A DNA stretch of 64,000 bases. Origin: Candidatus Bathyarchaeota archaeon. GTDB lineage: Archaea; Thermoproteota; Bathyarchaeia; Bathyarchaeales; Bathycorpusculaceae. Below, piece by piece: positions 1 through 9,411 of this stretch. The stretch's first letter is position 1. Every line of letters starts with the position of its first letter. Position numbers and translations under genes: made by a program. The stretch spans positions 704,001 through 768,000 of the forward strand of contig CAWABA010000006.1 in assembly GCA_963780185.1 (NCBI GenBank). Reading direction: 5' to 3'. Below the pieces are notes generated by a model. It was not told the origin of the DNA and did no database searches. It saw nothing but the letters and a program-made list of their open reading frames with translations.

Positions 1-2
1 CG

Positions 3-257
3 TTAGGGTACTTCTCGAAGCTGGGCTACAAAAGAACCACCTCGCTCTCCTTCACCGCTGCAAGCAACAACTTCGAGTTAGCCATCGCCGTGGCGGTAGC
101 GGTTTTCGGTTTAGCGTCCCAAGAAGCCTTCGCAGCCGTCATCGGCCCCCTCATCGAGGTGCCAGTTATAATTAGCCTAGTGAACGTGGCTTTATGGTTA
201 AGAAAGAAATATTACAAAGACGAAGACTCCAATAACATTAAGGTTAAGGTGCATTGA
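3..257 (+). CDS. acr3: ACR3-family arsenite efflux permease, C-terminal part (5' truncated by window)
   Basis: Frame 3 translates as ...[46 protein letters not shown]..., the ACR3 signature. Stop at 255-257, followed by arsC genes. Confidence 0.92.
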   Translation, partial: LGYFSKLGYKRTTSLSFTAASNNFELAIAVAVAVFGLASQEAFAAVIGPLIEVPVIISLVNVALWLRKKYYKDEDSNNIKVKVH

Positions 258-258
258 T

Positions 259-708
259 TTGGCTAAAACAAAGGTTATTTTTTTGTGTACACATAACTCG
301 GCGAGAAGTCAGATGGCTGAGGCTTTTCTTAGAAAGTTTAGTGGAGACCACTTCGACGTGTACAGTGCTGGGTTCGATCCTAAGCCTGTGCACCCGTACG
401 CCGTCAAAGTGATGCAAGAAATCGGCTACGACCTATCCAAACAGCAGCCTAAGGACCTTTGGCAATTAGCAAAAAATGAATACTTTGGAATTGCAATTAC
501 TGTTTGCCGAAAAGGAGAGGAAGAAGACTGCCCGACCATCCCCGGTCCTTCAACAAGACTATATTGGAATATTGAAAACCCAAGTGCTTTTGAAGGCACA
601 GAAGAACAAAAACTCGCTGAATTCAGGGCAATTAGAGACCAGATACAAGAGCATGTTAAGAACTTCCTTAAAGACAGGAAAATCCCTATTGCTGGAGAAG
701 GAAACTGA
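259..708 (+). CDS. arsC: Arsenate reductase (LMW-PTPase fold, thioredoxin-coupled type)
   Basis: FLCTHNSARSQMAE P-loop (C-X5-R), TVC...DCP resolving cysteines, adjacent to acr3. Confidence 0.9.
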   Translation: MAKTKVIFLCTHNSARSQMAEAFLRKFSGDHFDVYSAGFDPKPVHPYAVKVMQEIGYDLSKQQPKDLWQLAKNEYFGIAITVCRKGEEEDCPTIPGPSTRLYWNIENPSAFEGTEEQKLAEFRAIRDQIQEHVKNFLKDRKIPIAGEGN

Positions 709-713
709 TTCCA

Positions 714-1208
714 ATGGCAAAAACAAAAATTCTCTTTTTATGCACTCACAATTCAGCTAGGTCACAGATGGCTGAAGGATTACTCAGGCAAATCTACGGC
801 AAGCGATACGAGGTTTTCAGCGCAGGCACGGATCCAACCCAAGTTAATCCTTTGGCAATCAAGGCTATGGCTGAGATAGGCATAGACATTTCCCGCCAAC
901 GCTCCAAAAGCATCGATGAGTTCACCGAGACAGACATTGATTTAACCGTGAGCGTTTGCCAAAGCAGCGCCAAAACCCTTTGTAAACTCTGCGGCCCCAC
1001 TACGTTCATGGGCAGACCAGACGTGGTTAACGCAAACCTGCATAAGACAAAGCATTACTTGGTGCATGGCTTTGATGACCCCTCTGAAGCCGAGGGAACC
1101 GAAGAGGAAAAACTCGCCGCTTTCAGGAAGATAAGAGACGAAATAAAGAAGTGGATTACTGAAGAATTCGCCGATTTAAATTTGGAAAACTTGCATCGCG
1201 GATACTAA
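714..1208 (+). CDS. arsC: Second arsenate reductase paralog with Cys-rich insert
   Basis: FLCTHNSARSQMAE and FDDP motifs; VCQSSAKTLCKLC insert. Confidence 0.85.
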   Translation: MAKTKILFLCTHNSARSQMAEGLLRQIYGKRYEVFSAGTDPTQVNPLAIKAMAEIGIDISRQRSKSIDEFTETDIDLTVSVCQSSAKTLCKLCGPTTFMGRPDVVNANLHKTKHYLVHGFDDPSEAEGTEEEKLAAFRKIRDEIKKWITEEFADLNLENLHRGY

Positions 1209-1307
1209 GCGGCTGGAATTCCGCGTTTTGAGGAAAAACGGCTGCAAGCCAGCCATTTTGCTGGAAAGGTTTATTTTGTTGCATTCTTTATTGTTGGGAA
1301 CTTGCTG

Positions 1308-1354
1308 GCGGATAGTCATTATCCGTTGGGATGTGGTCCCTTGTGGACTGAACC
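1308..1354 (+). promoter_or_regulatory. Candidate structured 5' leader of rpl15e
   Basis: Hairpin GCGGATA-gtcat-TATCCGT, then GGATGTGGTCC-cttgt-GGACTGAACC (K-turn/K-loop-like). It lies between a TATA-like box (~1268-1277) and the eL15 start. Confidence 0.45.
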
Positions 1355-1388
1355 GTAAGCATATACTACATGGAGGAAAAAATAGAAA

Positions 1389-1982
1389 ATGGCATACAAG
1401 TACATAGCTGAAGAATGGGCAAACCGCGACGAAACCTTCGTTGAAGAACTCAACAGGCAACGCATGGTCCAATGGCGAAAACAGCCAGTAACCCTACGCA
1501 TCGAGCACCCGACAAGGCTTGACAAAGCACGCAAATTAGGCTACAAAGCCAAACAAGGCTTCGTTGTAGCACGCACAAGAGTGCGAAGAGGCGGACTCCG
1601 AAAACTACGTCCAGTCTCAGGTAGACGACCCAAACGCATGGGTGTCGCCAAATTCAAAGCAGGCAAAAGCATCAGACTCATAGCTGAAGAACGCACGGCA
1701 AAAAAGTTTCCCAACTTAGAAGTTTTGAACAGCTACTGGGTTGGCGAAGACGGAAAACACAAATGGTTCGAAGTTATCCTAGTTGACCCACACAGTCCAG
1801 TCATACTATCTGACAAAGACATCAACTGGATAGCAGAAAAGCAGCATAACGGCCGAGTCTTCAGAAGCTTAACAAGCGCAGGCAAAAGCGTCAGAGGCTT
1901 AAGGCACCGCGGCATAGGCTCAGAGAAAGCGCGACCAAGCCACCAGAGAGGCGCAAGACATAAAGACGTACAAAGGTGGTAA
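1389..1982 (+). CDS. rpl15e: 50S ribosomal protein eL15 (L15e)
   Basis: [42 protein letters not shown] and [11 protein letters not shown] motifs. Confidence 0.98.
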   Translation: MAYKYIAEEWANRDETFVEELNRQRMVQWRKQPVTLRIEHPTRLDKARKLGYKAKQGFVVARTRVRRGGLRKLRPVSGRRPKRMGVAKFKAGKSIRLIAEERTAKKFPNLEVLNSYWVGEDGKHKWFEVILVDPHSPVILSDKDINWIAEKQHNGRVFRSLTSAGKSVRGLRHRGIGSEKARPSHQRGARHKDVQRW

Positions 1983-1986
1983 AAAG

Positions 1987-2259
1987 ATGCACCATATAAA
2001 AGCAACCATAATCAAACGTAACGGCAAAAAAGCCACTAGCCGAGGATTCAGCCTCAGCGAACTCAAAAAAGCCACCTTAACAAAACAAGACGCAAAAAAA
2101 ATAGGCATACCACTCGACCTCAAACGCAAATCAGCACACGACGAAAACGTTGACACCCTAAAAGCACACAGTGAAAAAGCAAAAGCCGAAGTCAAACCAA
2201 AAGAAGCCACCGTCGCTGAACCCGCTGAGAAGAAGCCGAAGAAAAAAGCTAAAAGCTAG
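1987..2259 (+). CDS. rpl13e: Ribosomal protein eL13 (L13e), short archaeal form
   Basis: RGFSLSEL...GIPLD.KRKS.H.ENV..L pattern; basic; co-transcribed with eL15. Confidence 0.8.
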   Translation: MHHIKATIIKRNGKKATSRGFSLSELKKATLTKQDAKKIGIPLDLKRKSAHDENVDTLKAHSEKAKAEVKPKEATVAEPAEKKPKKKAKS

Positions 2260-2285
2260 AAGACTAAAACATCAATCGGTGTCAA

Positions 2286-2732
2286 ATGTCTTCTAAACTG
2301 CCAATAGCCTACGTGGATATTCGAGTATTCGCCCACGCAACCGAAGACCCTCAAAAGGTCCAAACTGCCGTACGAAACCTAATGCCAGACGAACTGGCTC
2401 AAACCATCCTTTTTGAATCATCCAATGTAACGGGGCACCATGGAAACCCCATCACAGTTGTAACCGCGCAATTAACAGACAAAAAGTTGCTTCCCAAGAT
2501 GCTGGAAAAAATCGGCGCCGGCTTAAACAGCCTCGACAAGGAACAGCTATGCACCAACCTGAAAATGCATCTGGAAAAAGGCAATCTGTACCTGCGCTTC
2601 GACAAGCAAGCCGCGTTTTTGGGGCAGCTTAGATTTACGCAAAACGATCCGATCCATGTTAAGATCCACTTCAAGAACAGAACGTCCGAGCAAATAGCCG
2701 AGCTAATGAAGTCTTCGGGGATGCTGCCGTGA
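2286..2732 (+). CDS. Predicted RNA-binding protein (DUF54/COG1325, exosome-superoperon associated)
   Basis: FAHATED..KV, GHHGNPI and LYLRFDKQAA motifs; conserved position between eL15 and RNase P genes. Confidence 0.85.
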   Translation: MSSKLPIAYVDIRVFAHATEDPQKVQTAVRNLMPDELAQTILFESSNVTGHHGNPITVVTAQLTDKKLLPKMLEKIGAGLNSLDKEQLCTNLKMHLEKGNLYLRFDKQAAFLGQLRFTQNDPIHVKIHFKNRTSEQIAELMKSSGMLP

Positions 2733-3460
2733 CACGGCCCTTTGCTGACCTGCATTTACGCATCAACATAAAAGACACACAGGGGACCCAACGGCTAATC
2801 AGCAAAGCCTCACGCCTCGGGTACAAACAACTGGCTTTCCCGTTCACGTCACAGCCAAACGGAAATGAACTTGCCAGCCTCAAAGCCATGTGCCACGACG
2901 CAAACGTTGATTTTGTTTTGCGCGCTGATTTTTACCCGCGCTCCGAAATGGATTTGACGCGTTTTCTGCGCAAGTTCAGGCGCCAATTCGAAGTTATCTG
3001 CATATCATGCGACAACAAAGAAGTCGCCAGGCAAGCCGCCAAAGACAGACGCGTTGACCTATTGAACTTTAGCAGCCTTGACTATCGTAAACGGTTTTTT
3101 GACCGTGCCGAAGCCGAGTTGGCAAGCGGTTGCTTAGCCGCCTTGGAGGTGGATGTTAGGCCGCTTCTGGTTTTGGAGGGTCCGCCACGGGTTAGGCTGC
3201 TTATGAGCCTTCGACGTGAAGTCGCTGTGGCTCGGGAATTCCATATACCCGTCATTGTTTCCAGCGGCGCAGCTGAGGCGAGGCTTATGCGGACGCCCAA
3301 AGACATGGCTAGTCTTGCGTTTCTTTTCGGGTTAGACGAGGCAGCAGCCCTTGACGCCGTTTCAACTAATCCAGCGGCGATTGTTGAGCGGAACCGTGAA
3401 AAACTCAGCAGCCGCTTCGTTGCCCCAGGCATCACCGTGGTTAAGGAGGACAAGGCTTGA
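2729..3460 (+). CDS. rnp3: RNase P protein component 3 (Rpp30)
   Basis: DLHL N-terminus, AAKDRRVDLL, VSSGA...MRTPKD motifs. Confidence 0.9.
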   Translation: MTRPFADLHLRINIKDTQGTQRLISKASRLGYKQLAFPFTSQPNGNELASLKAMCHDANVDFVLRADFYPRSEMDLTRFLRKFRRQFEVICISCDNKEVARQAAKDRRVDLLNFSSLDYRKRFFDRAEAELASGCLAALEVDVRPLLVLEGPPRVRLLMSLRREVAVAREFHIPVIVSSGAAEARLMRTPKDMASLAFLFGLDEAAALDAVSTNPAAIVERNREKLSSRFVAPGITVVKEDKA

Positions 3461-3771
3461 AGCGGGTTAAACGGCGCTACTTAGCCCTGCAAATAGACTG
3501 CGAAGTGATGCCAGGTGAACGCGAATTCATCGACGCTGTCTGGGGTTCTGTTACGCGGCTGTACGGGGAGGTTGGCGCAAGCATGACGGGGTTGGCGTTG
3601 ATTGGCTTCGATGTTGAGAGGAAGATTGCTGTGGTCAGGGTTTCGCTGGTGACGTTGCCTATGGCGAGGGCTTCTTTGGCAGCCATCACAAGTCTGGTGG
3701 GCAGGGAAGCGTCGGTGCATGTTTTGGCTGTTTCAGGCACGATAAAAGCGCTATACTCGAACGTAAAATAG
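3457..3771 (+). CDS. rnp2: RNase P protein component 2 (Pop5)
   Basis: KRRYL..., LYGEVG and VSGTIK motifs; overlaps the rnp3 stop. Confidence 0.9.
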   Translation: MKRVKRRYLALQIDCEVMPGEREFIDAVWGSVTRLYGEVGASMTGLALIGFDVERKIAVVRVSLVTLPMARASLAAITSLVGREASVHVLAVSGTIKALYSNVK

Positions 3772-3958
3772 CTTTTGACATTTTTTTGTGTAAAGTTTTG
3801 CTTTACTTAAGACAAGACACTCCGCTTATATGTCACGTATTTCCTTGAACAAATATGCAAAATAGTTCCAGAAATGTTTATCAACCGCATGTAAACGTAT
3901 ATTTGTCGTTACACAACTCTTGTGGGAGAAGGGTAAACAAGACAGAGTAGTGAAAAAC

Positions 3959-5182
3959 ATGGACTTACAAGACTATTATTTCAAGATGCTCCTAAAAACG
4001 GAGCCCATAATAGATGACACTACGCTCCGAGACGGAATCCAAATGCCAGGCTTAGCCGCTTCACCCAAAGACGCCGCAAAAATAGCCCAATTCCTCGCCG
4101 ACGTAGGCGTCGAACGCATCGAAGTCTTCCACTATCAAGAACCCGACAAAAAAGCAGCCAAACTCATCGCAGACCTAAACCTAGACCTGCGCGTCGCAGG
4201 CTGGTGCAGAGCCGTAAAAGAAGACATTGACAGCGCGGTTGCATGCGGATTCAAAGAAGTAGGCATCTCCCACCCAGTTTCAGATTTGCATTTTAGAGCG
4301 AAATGGCCTGAAAAAACCAGAGAACAAATCTTAGCCAACATAGTCAGCGTCGTTGAGTACGCGGCTAAAACTTGCGGTCTACGCACTTTCGTCCACGGCG
4401 AAGACAGCACCAGGGCAGACTGGGAATTCGAGAGAAAACTAATCAACGCCGTCGCCGACGCAGGAGCCGAATGCTACCGAATATGCGACACAGTCGGCAT
4501 AGGATTATCAGACCCCACCGCACCCCTACCTAACGGTATTCCAGCCAAAGTAGTCGCCATCAAGAAGGAAACCCGAATGCCCGCCATAGAAATCCACGCG
4601 CACGACGACTTCGGAAACGCCGTTGAAAACACCATGGCAGCGGTGAAGGCAGCTTCAGGAGTATGGGACAAAGTCTACGTCAGCACAACCTACTTAGGCA
4701 TAGGCGAACGAGCAGGCAACGCTGAAACCGAAAAAGTACTCCTAAACCTGTACCTACATCACGGAGTCAAAAAATACGAGGGCAAAACCCAGAAACTCAA
4801 AGCGACAGCTGACTACATCGGCAAAGCAACAGGCTACGTTGTTCCCCCGAACAAGGCAATCGTTGGGGACTACGGTTTCGCGCATGAGTCAGGCATCCAC
4901 ACACACGGCGTCCTAAGTGACCCATGGACCTATGAGCCTTACCCGCCAGAACTGGTCGGCAACACGCGGCGCCTCACCATCGGGAAACAGTCGGGAAAAG
5001 GCATAATCAAACATAAGATAACCGAGCTCGCAGGATCCGAGCCCGATGACCAAACAGTAGCCACCGTGGTTGAACGTGTCAAAGAAATCTACGCCAACGG
5101 CAGACGCGCATCGCTTAAAGAGGAAGAATTCAAAAAAATCCTACGCATTCTCGCAATATTGCCCAATGGCACAACCGCCTAA
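3959..5182 (+). CDS. DRE-TIM metallolyase (homocitrate/isopropylmalate/Re-citrate synthase family)
   Basis: DTTLRDG, HAHDDFG, GIGERAGNA and PNKAIVG...HESGIH motifs; no LeuA regulatory domain. Start chosen at ATG 3959. Confidence 0.85.
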   Translation: MDLQDYYFKMLLKTEPIIDDTTLRDGIQMPGLAASPKDAAKIAQFLADVGVERIEVFHYQEPDKKAAKLIADLNLDLRVAGWCRAVKEDIDSAVACGFKEVGISHPVSDLHFRAKWPEKTREQILANIVSVVEYAAKTCGLRTFVHGEDSTRADWEFERKLINAVADAGAECYRICDTVGIGLSDPTAPLPNGIPAKVVAIKKETRMPAIEIHAHDDFGNAVENTMAAVKAASGVWDKVYVSTTYLGIGERAGNAETEKVLLNLYLHHGVKKYEGKTQKLKATADYIGKATGYVVPPNKAIVGDYGFAHESGIHTHGVLSDPWTYEPYPPELVGNTRRLTIGKQSGKGIIKHKITELAGSEPDDQTVATVVERVKEIYANGRRASLKEEEFKKILRILAILPNGTTA

Positions 5183-5319
5183 CCAACCCTCCTTGTTTGA
5201 CTCTTCAGCCCTGTCTTCAAGCGTAATGCCAAAAAGCAATTTAGACAAACCCTGATCAACGGCCTTTCTGCAATATCCTTAATAATTAGGTCAGATGTGA
5301 CTATTTATGGTGATATTAA

Positions 5320-5559
5320 GTGGAATCTGGAGTTGAAGTAAAAAAAGTGGATGAACAAGGTCGATTCATCCTGCCCGCAGATTGGCGTGAAGCAGAACTC
5401 ACCGAAAGCAGAGAAGTCTACGTCATCAAGAGAAAAGGATACCTCAAGCTAATTCCCAAGCGCAAAGTGGATCTAACCGAATACTTTGACAAAGCTGACT
5501 TAGGCGTGGAAGCCATCGGAAGCTGGAAGCAGTTCGAAAAGAAGTTTTACGAGGCATAA
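5320..5559 (+). CDS. vapB: AbrB/MazE-fold antitoxin (VapB-like)
   Basis: KVDEQGRFILPADWRE AbrB-type N-terminus, directly upstream of a PIN gene. Confidence 0.8.
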   Translation: MESGVEVKKVDEQGRFILPADWREAELTESREVYVIKRKGYLKLIPKRKVDLTEYFDKADLGVEAIGSWKQFEKKFYEA

Positions 5560-5560
5560 C

Positions 5561-5986
5561 ATGAAATTTTTAGATGCAAACATTTTCATTTACGCATATT
5601 ACAAACCCAAAAAACCGCTAAGCCAAAAAGAAATGGACATGAAAGAGCAAGCGAAGCAAATAATTGTAAACATATCGGAAGGCAAAGAAAGCGTTCTAAC
5701 GACTGTTGTTCACCTGTCTGAAGTGGTTAATATTTTGAAGCATGGTATGAGACTTGATCAAGTGACCGCCATAATCCAAGGGTTGTTTATGCTTGATAAC
5801 GTCAGAGTAATTGACGTTACTCGTGACGCCTACTTCGCAGCTAACGAATTAGGCGTTGACCTAAGGCTTGATGCTAACGACGCCTTAGCCGTTGACGTTA
5901 TGAAACTGAATAAATTGAAAGAAATATATTCATTCGATGAAGACTTCGACAAAATAGAAGGAATCAGAAGACTCCCGTTCATTTAA
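5561..5986 (+). CDS. vapC: PIN-domain ribonuclease toxin VapC
   Basis: FLDANIF, E, DA and IYSFDEDFD acidic PIN motifs. Confidence 0.9.
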   Translation: MKFLDANIFIYAYYKPKKPLSQKEMDMKEQAKQIIVNISEGKESVLTTVVHLSEVVNILKHGMRLDQVTAIIQGLFMLDNVRVIDVTRDAYFAANELGVDLRLDANDALAVDVMKLNKLKEIYSFDEDFDKIEGIRRLPFI

Positions 5987-6029
5987 ACCCAAAAAACTAG
6001 CCTTAACTTCTAAAAGAAAGGTGAAAGTG

Positions 6030-6995
6030 TTAGGCTGGCTCGCATTTTTGTATGAGCCGTGCCCAGTTTTCGTCGGTGAACTTTTGCATTGCGTCTATGA
6101 CATGTTGGTTCTGCGGTGTGAAGAGGTGTCTGAACCTGCCTTGTCCCGCAAGGTAGTCTTTGACTGGTTTCTTCTTTTGTGGTGCGAGTTGGATGAGTTT
6201 GCTTGGCGTTGAGAGTTGGCGTTTGCCGTTTACTGCTTCCCAAACTGGGAAAACGCATGTTTCAACGGAGAGTTTTGAGTACTCCATTGTTTTGCCTGGT
6301 TCTGTACGCCAACCTCTTGGGCAGGGCGCGAAAACATGCATGAATGCGGGTCCTTCAACTTCGAGGCCTTTGCGGACTTTGGTCATCATGTCTTTCCAAT
6401 AGTAAGTGGTTGCAGTTGCTACGTACGGCATGTCGTGGGCTAGCATGATTTCCGTAATTGGTTTTTTCTTTTCAAGTTTGCCAGGTATTATTTTTCCTGC
6501 GGGGGTGGTTGTGGTTGCTGCGCCTGTCGGTGTAGCGCTGCTTCTTTGTATACCCGTGTTCATGTAGCCTTCGTTGTCGTAGAGGATGAAGAGGAAATCG
6601 TGTCCACGTTCAACAGCGCCTGAAAGGGCTTGCAAGCCAATATCGCAGGTTCCGCCGTCACCTGCCAATGCAATAATGTCAATGTGCTCCTGCGTGATTT
6701 TGCCTTTCTTGCGCATGATTTTCAATGCGGCATCGATACCTGAAGCGTTCGCAGCGGCGTTCTCGAAAGCCGTGTGCAGCCAAGGCAGCGCCCAAGACGT
6801 GTACGGGTAGATTGAGCCGACGATTTCCATGCAGCCAGTTGCTTGAGTCACAATTGTGGGTCCCCGCGTGGCTTTCATTATGAGCCGCAGGGTTGATGCT
6901 GGTCCGCAGCCTGCGCACGCTCGGTGACCTGACAGGAACACGTCCGGTTTAGACGCAATATCTTTTGCTGTGAACTTCCATTCTTGTGTTGTCAA
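6030..6995 (-). CDS. porB: Pyruvate/2-oxoacid:ferredoxin oxidoreductase beta subunit
   Basis: GHRACAGCG, TPP-binding GDGG...DNEGYMNTG, PCPRGW. Confidence 0.93.
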   Translation of the reverse strand: MTTQEWKFTAKDIASKPDVFLSGHRACAGCGPASTLRLIMKATRGPTIVTQATGCMEIVGSIYPYTSWALPWLHTAFENAAANASGIDAALKIMRKKGKITQEHIDIIALAGDGGTCDIGLQALSGAVERGHDFLFILYDNEGYMNTGIQRSSATPTGAATTTTPAGKIIPGKLEKKKPITEIMLAHDMPYVATATTYYWKDMMTKVRKGLEVEGPAFMHVFAPCPRGWRTEPGKTMEYSKLSVETCVFPVWEAVNGKRQLSTPSKLIQLAPQKKKPVKDYLAGQGRFRHLFTPQNQHVIDAMQKFTDENWARLIQKCEPA

Positions 6996-7011
6996 CTTTT
7001 TTCTCCTCCAT

Positions 7012-8244
7012 CTACTCCATTAGTCCTAGGAAACGCACCGTTTCGCCGATGTTTCCTGTCTTGTTAATCTTCAACAGGTCCTCGTAGATTTTTCGTAGCT
7101 CATGTGGGTTTGTGTCTCTTCCGCCGAGCCCGAAAATGTAGTTCACAATAGTCGGGTGGGCTTCTGCATCATAGAGTGCGTTTCGAACTTCGTTAAAGAC
7201 GGCGCCGCCGAAGCCGCCGAAACTCATGCTTTTGTCCATGACAGCGACGGTTTTGACGTTTTTGAGTGCACTTCGAAGCTGTTCGAAGGGGAACGGTCGG
7301 AAAGTGCGTATCCGCAGAACGCCTGCTTTGATCCCTTCTTGCCTGAGTTGGTCAACAATCACCTTTAATGTACCGGCTGTTGAGCCGACGACGACAATCG
7401 CGATTTCAGCGTCGTCAAACCGGTAAGTGTCGACGAGCCCATCACCGTAGTTTCTGCCAGTGAGCTTAGCATATTCAGCGTTGACCTCCTGTATCTTCTT
7501 GACGGCGTTTCTCATGCCTTCTTCCTGTTGCCTCTTAAATTCAAAGTAGTAGTTCGGCGACACGTTTGGCCCCATGGTCATTGGATTCGCAGGGTCAAGC
7601 TTGTACGGCACCGTTTTCCCCTCATGAGTGAACACCATTGGCAATTGCCGTTCTCCGACAAACTGCTTAATCGGGTCGTCTCCGAGGACGGTTACGTTTT
7701 CAAGAGTGTGGCTAATCGTGAATCCATCTAAACCCACAATTACAGGCAGCGAAACCTCAGCGTCCTCAGCTATCTTGAATGCTTGAATGATGCTGTCGTA
7801 TGCTTCTTGGGCGTTTTCCACGTAAATCTGAATCCAGCCGCTGTCGCGCTCTGCCATGCTGTCAGATTGGTCGCCGTGGATGTTCAGCGGCGCGGACAAG
7901 GCGCGGTTTGCAACCGCCATCACAACTGGCGCCCTGAAACCTGAAGTCACAAAGAGCATTTCATGCATCAACGCTAACCCCGCGGATGCGCTAGCAGTGA
8001 AGGTTCGTGCTCCCGTCGCGGCTGCGGCGAGGCAAGCGGTCATGGCGCTGTGTTCTGATTCGGTGCAGATGAACTCAGTTTGGACTTCGCCGTTGGCTAC
8101 GTACTCGCTGAATTTTTCAACTATGATTGTTTGGGGCGTGATCGGGTAGGCGGCGACAACGTCGACGTCGCATTGTTTCGCTGCCAGAGCGACTGCTTCA
8201 TCGCCGTTGAGTGCAATGGTTTCCTGTTTCGGTTTTTGGGTCAT
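7012..8244 (-). CDS. porA: Pyruvate/2-oxoacid:ferredoxin oxidoreductase alpha subunit
   Basis: AAYPITPQT, ESEHSA and GLGGRD motifs. Confidence 0.93.
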   Translation of the reverse strand: MTQKPKQETIALNGDEAVALAAKQCDVDVVAAYPITPQTIIVEKFSEYVANGEVQTEFICTESEHSAMTACLAAAATGARTFTASASAGLALMHEMLFVTSGFRAPVVMAVANRALSAPLNIHGDQSDSMAERDSGWIQIYVENAQEAYDSIIQAFKIAEDAEVSLPVIVGLDGFTISHTLENVTVLGDDPIKQFVGERQLPMVFTHEGKTVPYKLDPANPMTMGPNVSPNYYFEFKRQQEEGMRNAVKKIQEVNAEYAKLTGRNYGDGLVDTYRFDDAEIAIVVVGSTAGTLKVIVDQLRQEGIKAGVLRIRTFRPFPFEQLRSALKNVKTVAVMDKSMSFGGFGGAVFNEVRNALYDAEAHPTIVNYIFGLGGRDTNPHELRKIYEDLLKINKTGNIGETVRFLGLME

Positions 8245-8540
8245 TTTGATTTTCCCTCTTCTTGTTGCGGTAACTTCATTGTTATTGCTTTAGTGGGACA
8301 CTCGTTTGCGCATATTCCGCAGCCTTTGCAGAAGTTCATGTCAAACCAGATGTCGCCTTTTTCTGGAGCCCATTTGATTGCGCCTTCTGGACAAAACATC
8401 ACGCACGTTAAGCATTTAGTGCATTTTTCTACGTCTCTGACTGGGTAGTAGGTTTTCCAGTCTCCTGTAAAGAAGCCGACGCTTGACTTTGAGCAAACGC
8501 CGCCGATGGCGAGTTCTTTCCAACTTCTCTCTTTGCTCAT
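8241..8540 (-). CDS. porD: POR delta subunit (2x[4Fe-4S] ferredoxin)
   Basis: TGDW, CTKCLTC..FCP and CKGCGICANECP motifs. Confidence 0.93.
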   Translation of the reverse strand: MSKERSWKELAIGGVCSKSSVGFFTGDWKTYYPVRDVEKCTKCLTCVMFCPEGAIKWAPEKGDIWFDMNFCKGCGICANECPTKAITMKLPQQEEGKSK

Positions 8541-9100
8541 TCACTCTTAGCCTCCTTGTAAGCTTCATTAACCACCGCAAAGTTTTTTTCAGCCAAATCT
8601 GTCCTGAAACGTCTGTTCAACGTTTTCTTTATGCCCTCCATTGTGACGATGCCGGTTGCTTTGGCGACGCATCCGAGAAGCGCCGTGTTGGTTATCGGTG
8701 CCCCCAAGATTCTTATGGAAATTTCGGTGGCTGGAACTGTCCAAACTTTGATTTTTGTTACTTTGAGTTTGGCTTTTAGGATGGCTGGTTCCTCGGCTGA
8801 GTTAATAATCAATATGTCGTCGTCGCTGTTTAACCCGGCTGCCACTGGAACTGACTTCAGCAGGGTGTTATCTAACACTACGGCAACGTCGGGCTCGTAA
8901 ATTGCGCAGTGTAACCTTATCGGTTCAAAGCTTATTCGTGTAAAAGCTGTTACTGGTGCGCCCATTCGTTCGGGTCCAAATTCGGGAAATGATTGAATGT
9001 ATTTGCCTTCGTCAAGGGCTGTTCTTGCCAGAAGTTCGCTGGCTGTCCATGCTCCTTGACCGCCCCTACCGTGCCACCTAAACTCCATCATTTTCTTCAA
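8537..9100 (-). CDS. porC: POR gamma subunit
   Basis: HGRGGQG and FPEFGPERMGAPV motifs. Confidence 0.93.
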   Translation of the reverse strand: MKKMMEFRWHGRGGQGAWTASELLARTALDEGKYIQSFPEFGPERMGAPVTAFTRISFEPIRLHCAIYEPDVAVVLDNTLLKSVPVAAGLNSDDDILIINSAEEPAILKAKLKVTKIKVWTVPATEISIRILGAPITNTALLGCVAKATGIVTMEGIKKTLNRRFRTDLAEKNFAVVNEAYKEAKSE

Positions 9101-9411
9101 ATAATCCTCTCCCCTAGAGTGGTTCAGTAAAATAAGTAAATACCTTCATATAGATTTTCCTAGATAAAAGGGTTAAATGCGGTGTTTTATGTAAAAAATC
9201 GGTTTTTTTAAGTTGACAAAGTTACTCTATTGCGTACATTTAGTAAGCTGTTTGAACTGAAGTTGTTGACCCGGCGTTGTTTAAACCGGGGCGATTTTTG
9301 GCAAGTTATCAATATCTGCTTCATGGGGAGTTAGCAATAAAGTTATATCTGCCCCATTCTTCTAGAGGCGGTACCTTTAGGGATTTCAAGCAAAGGATGG
9401 GCGAAGGGGCA

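Noticed and set aside
9277-9411. N-terminal extension of radical SAM paralog 1 in the ORF track
   Set aside because: The paralog aligns only from ATG 9412, and the extension contains promoter-like sequence.
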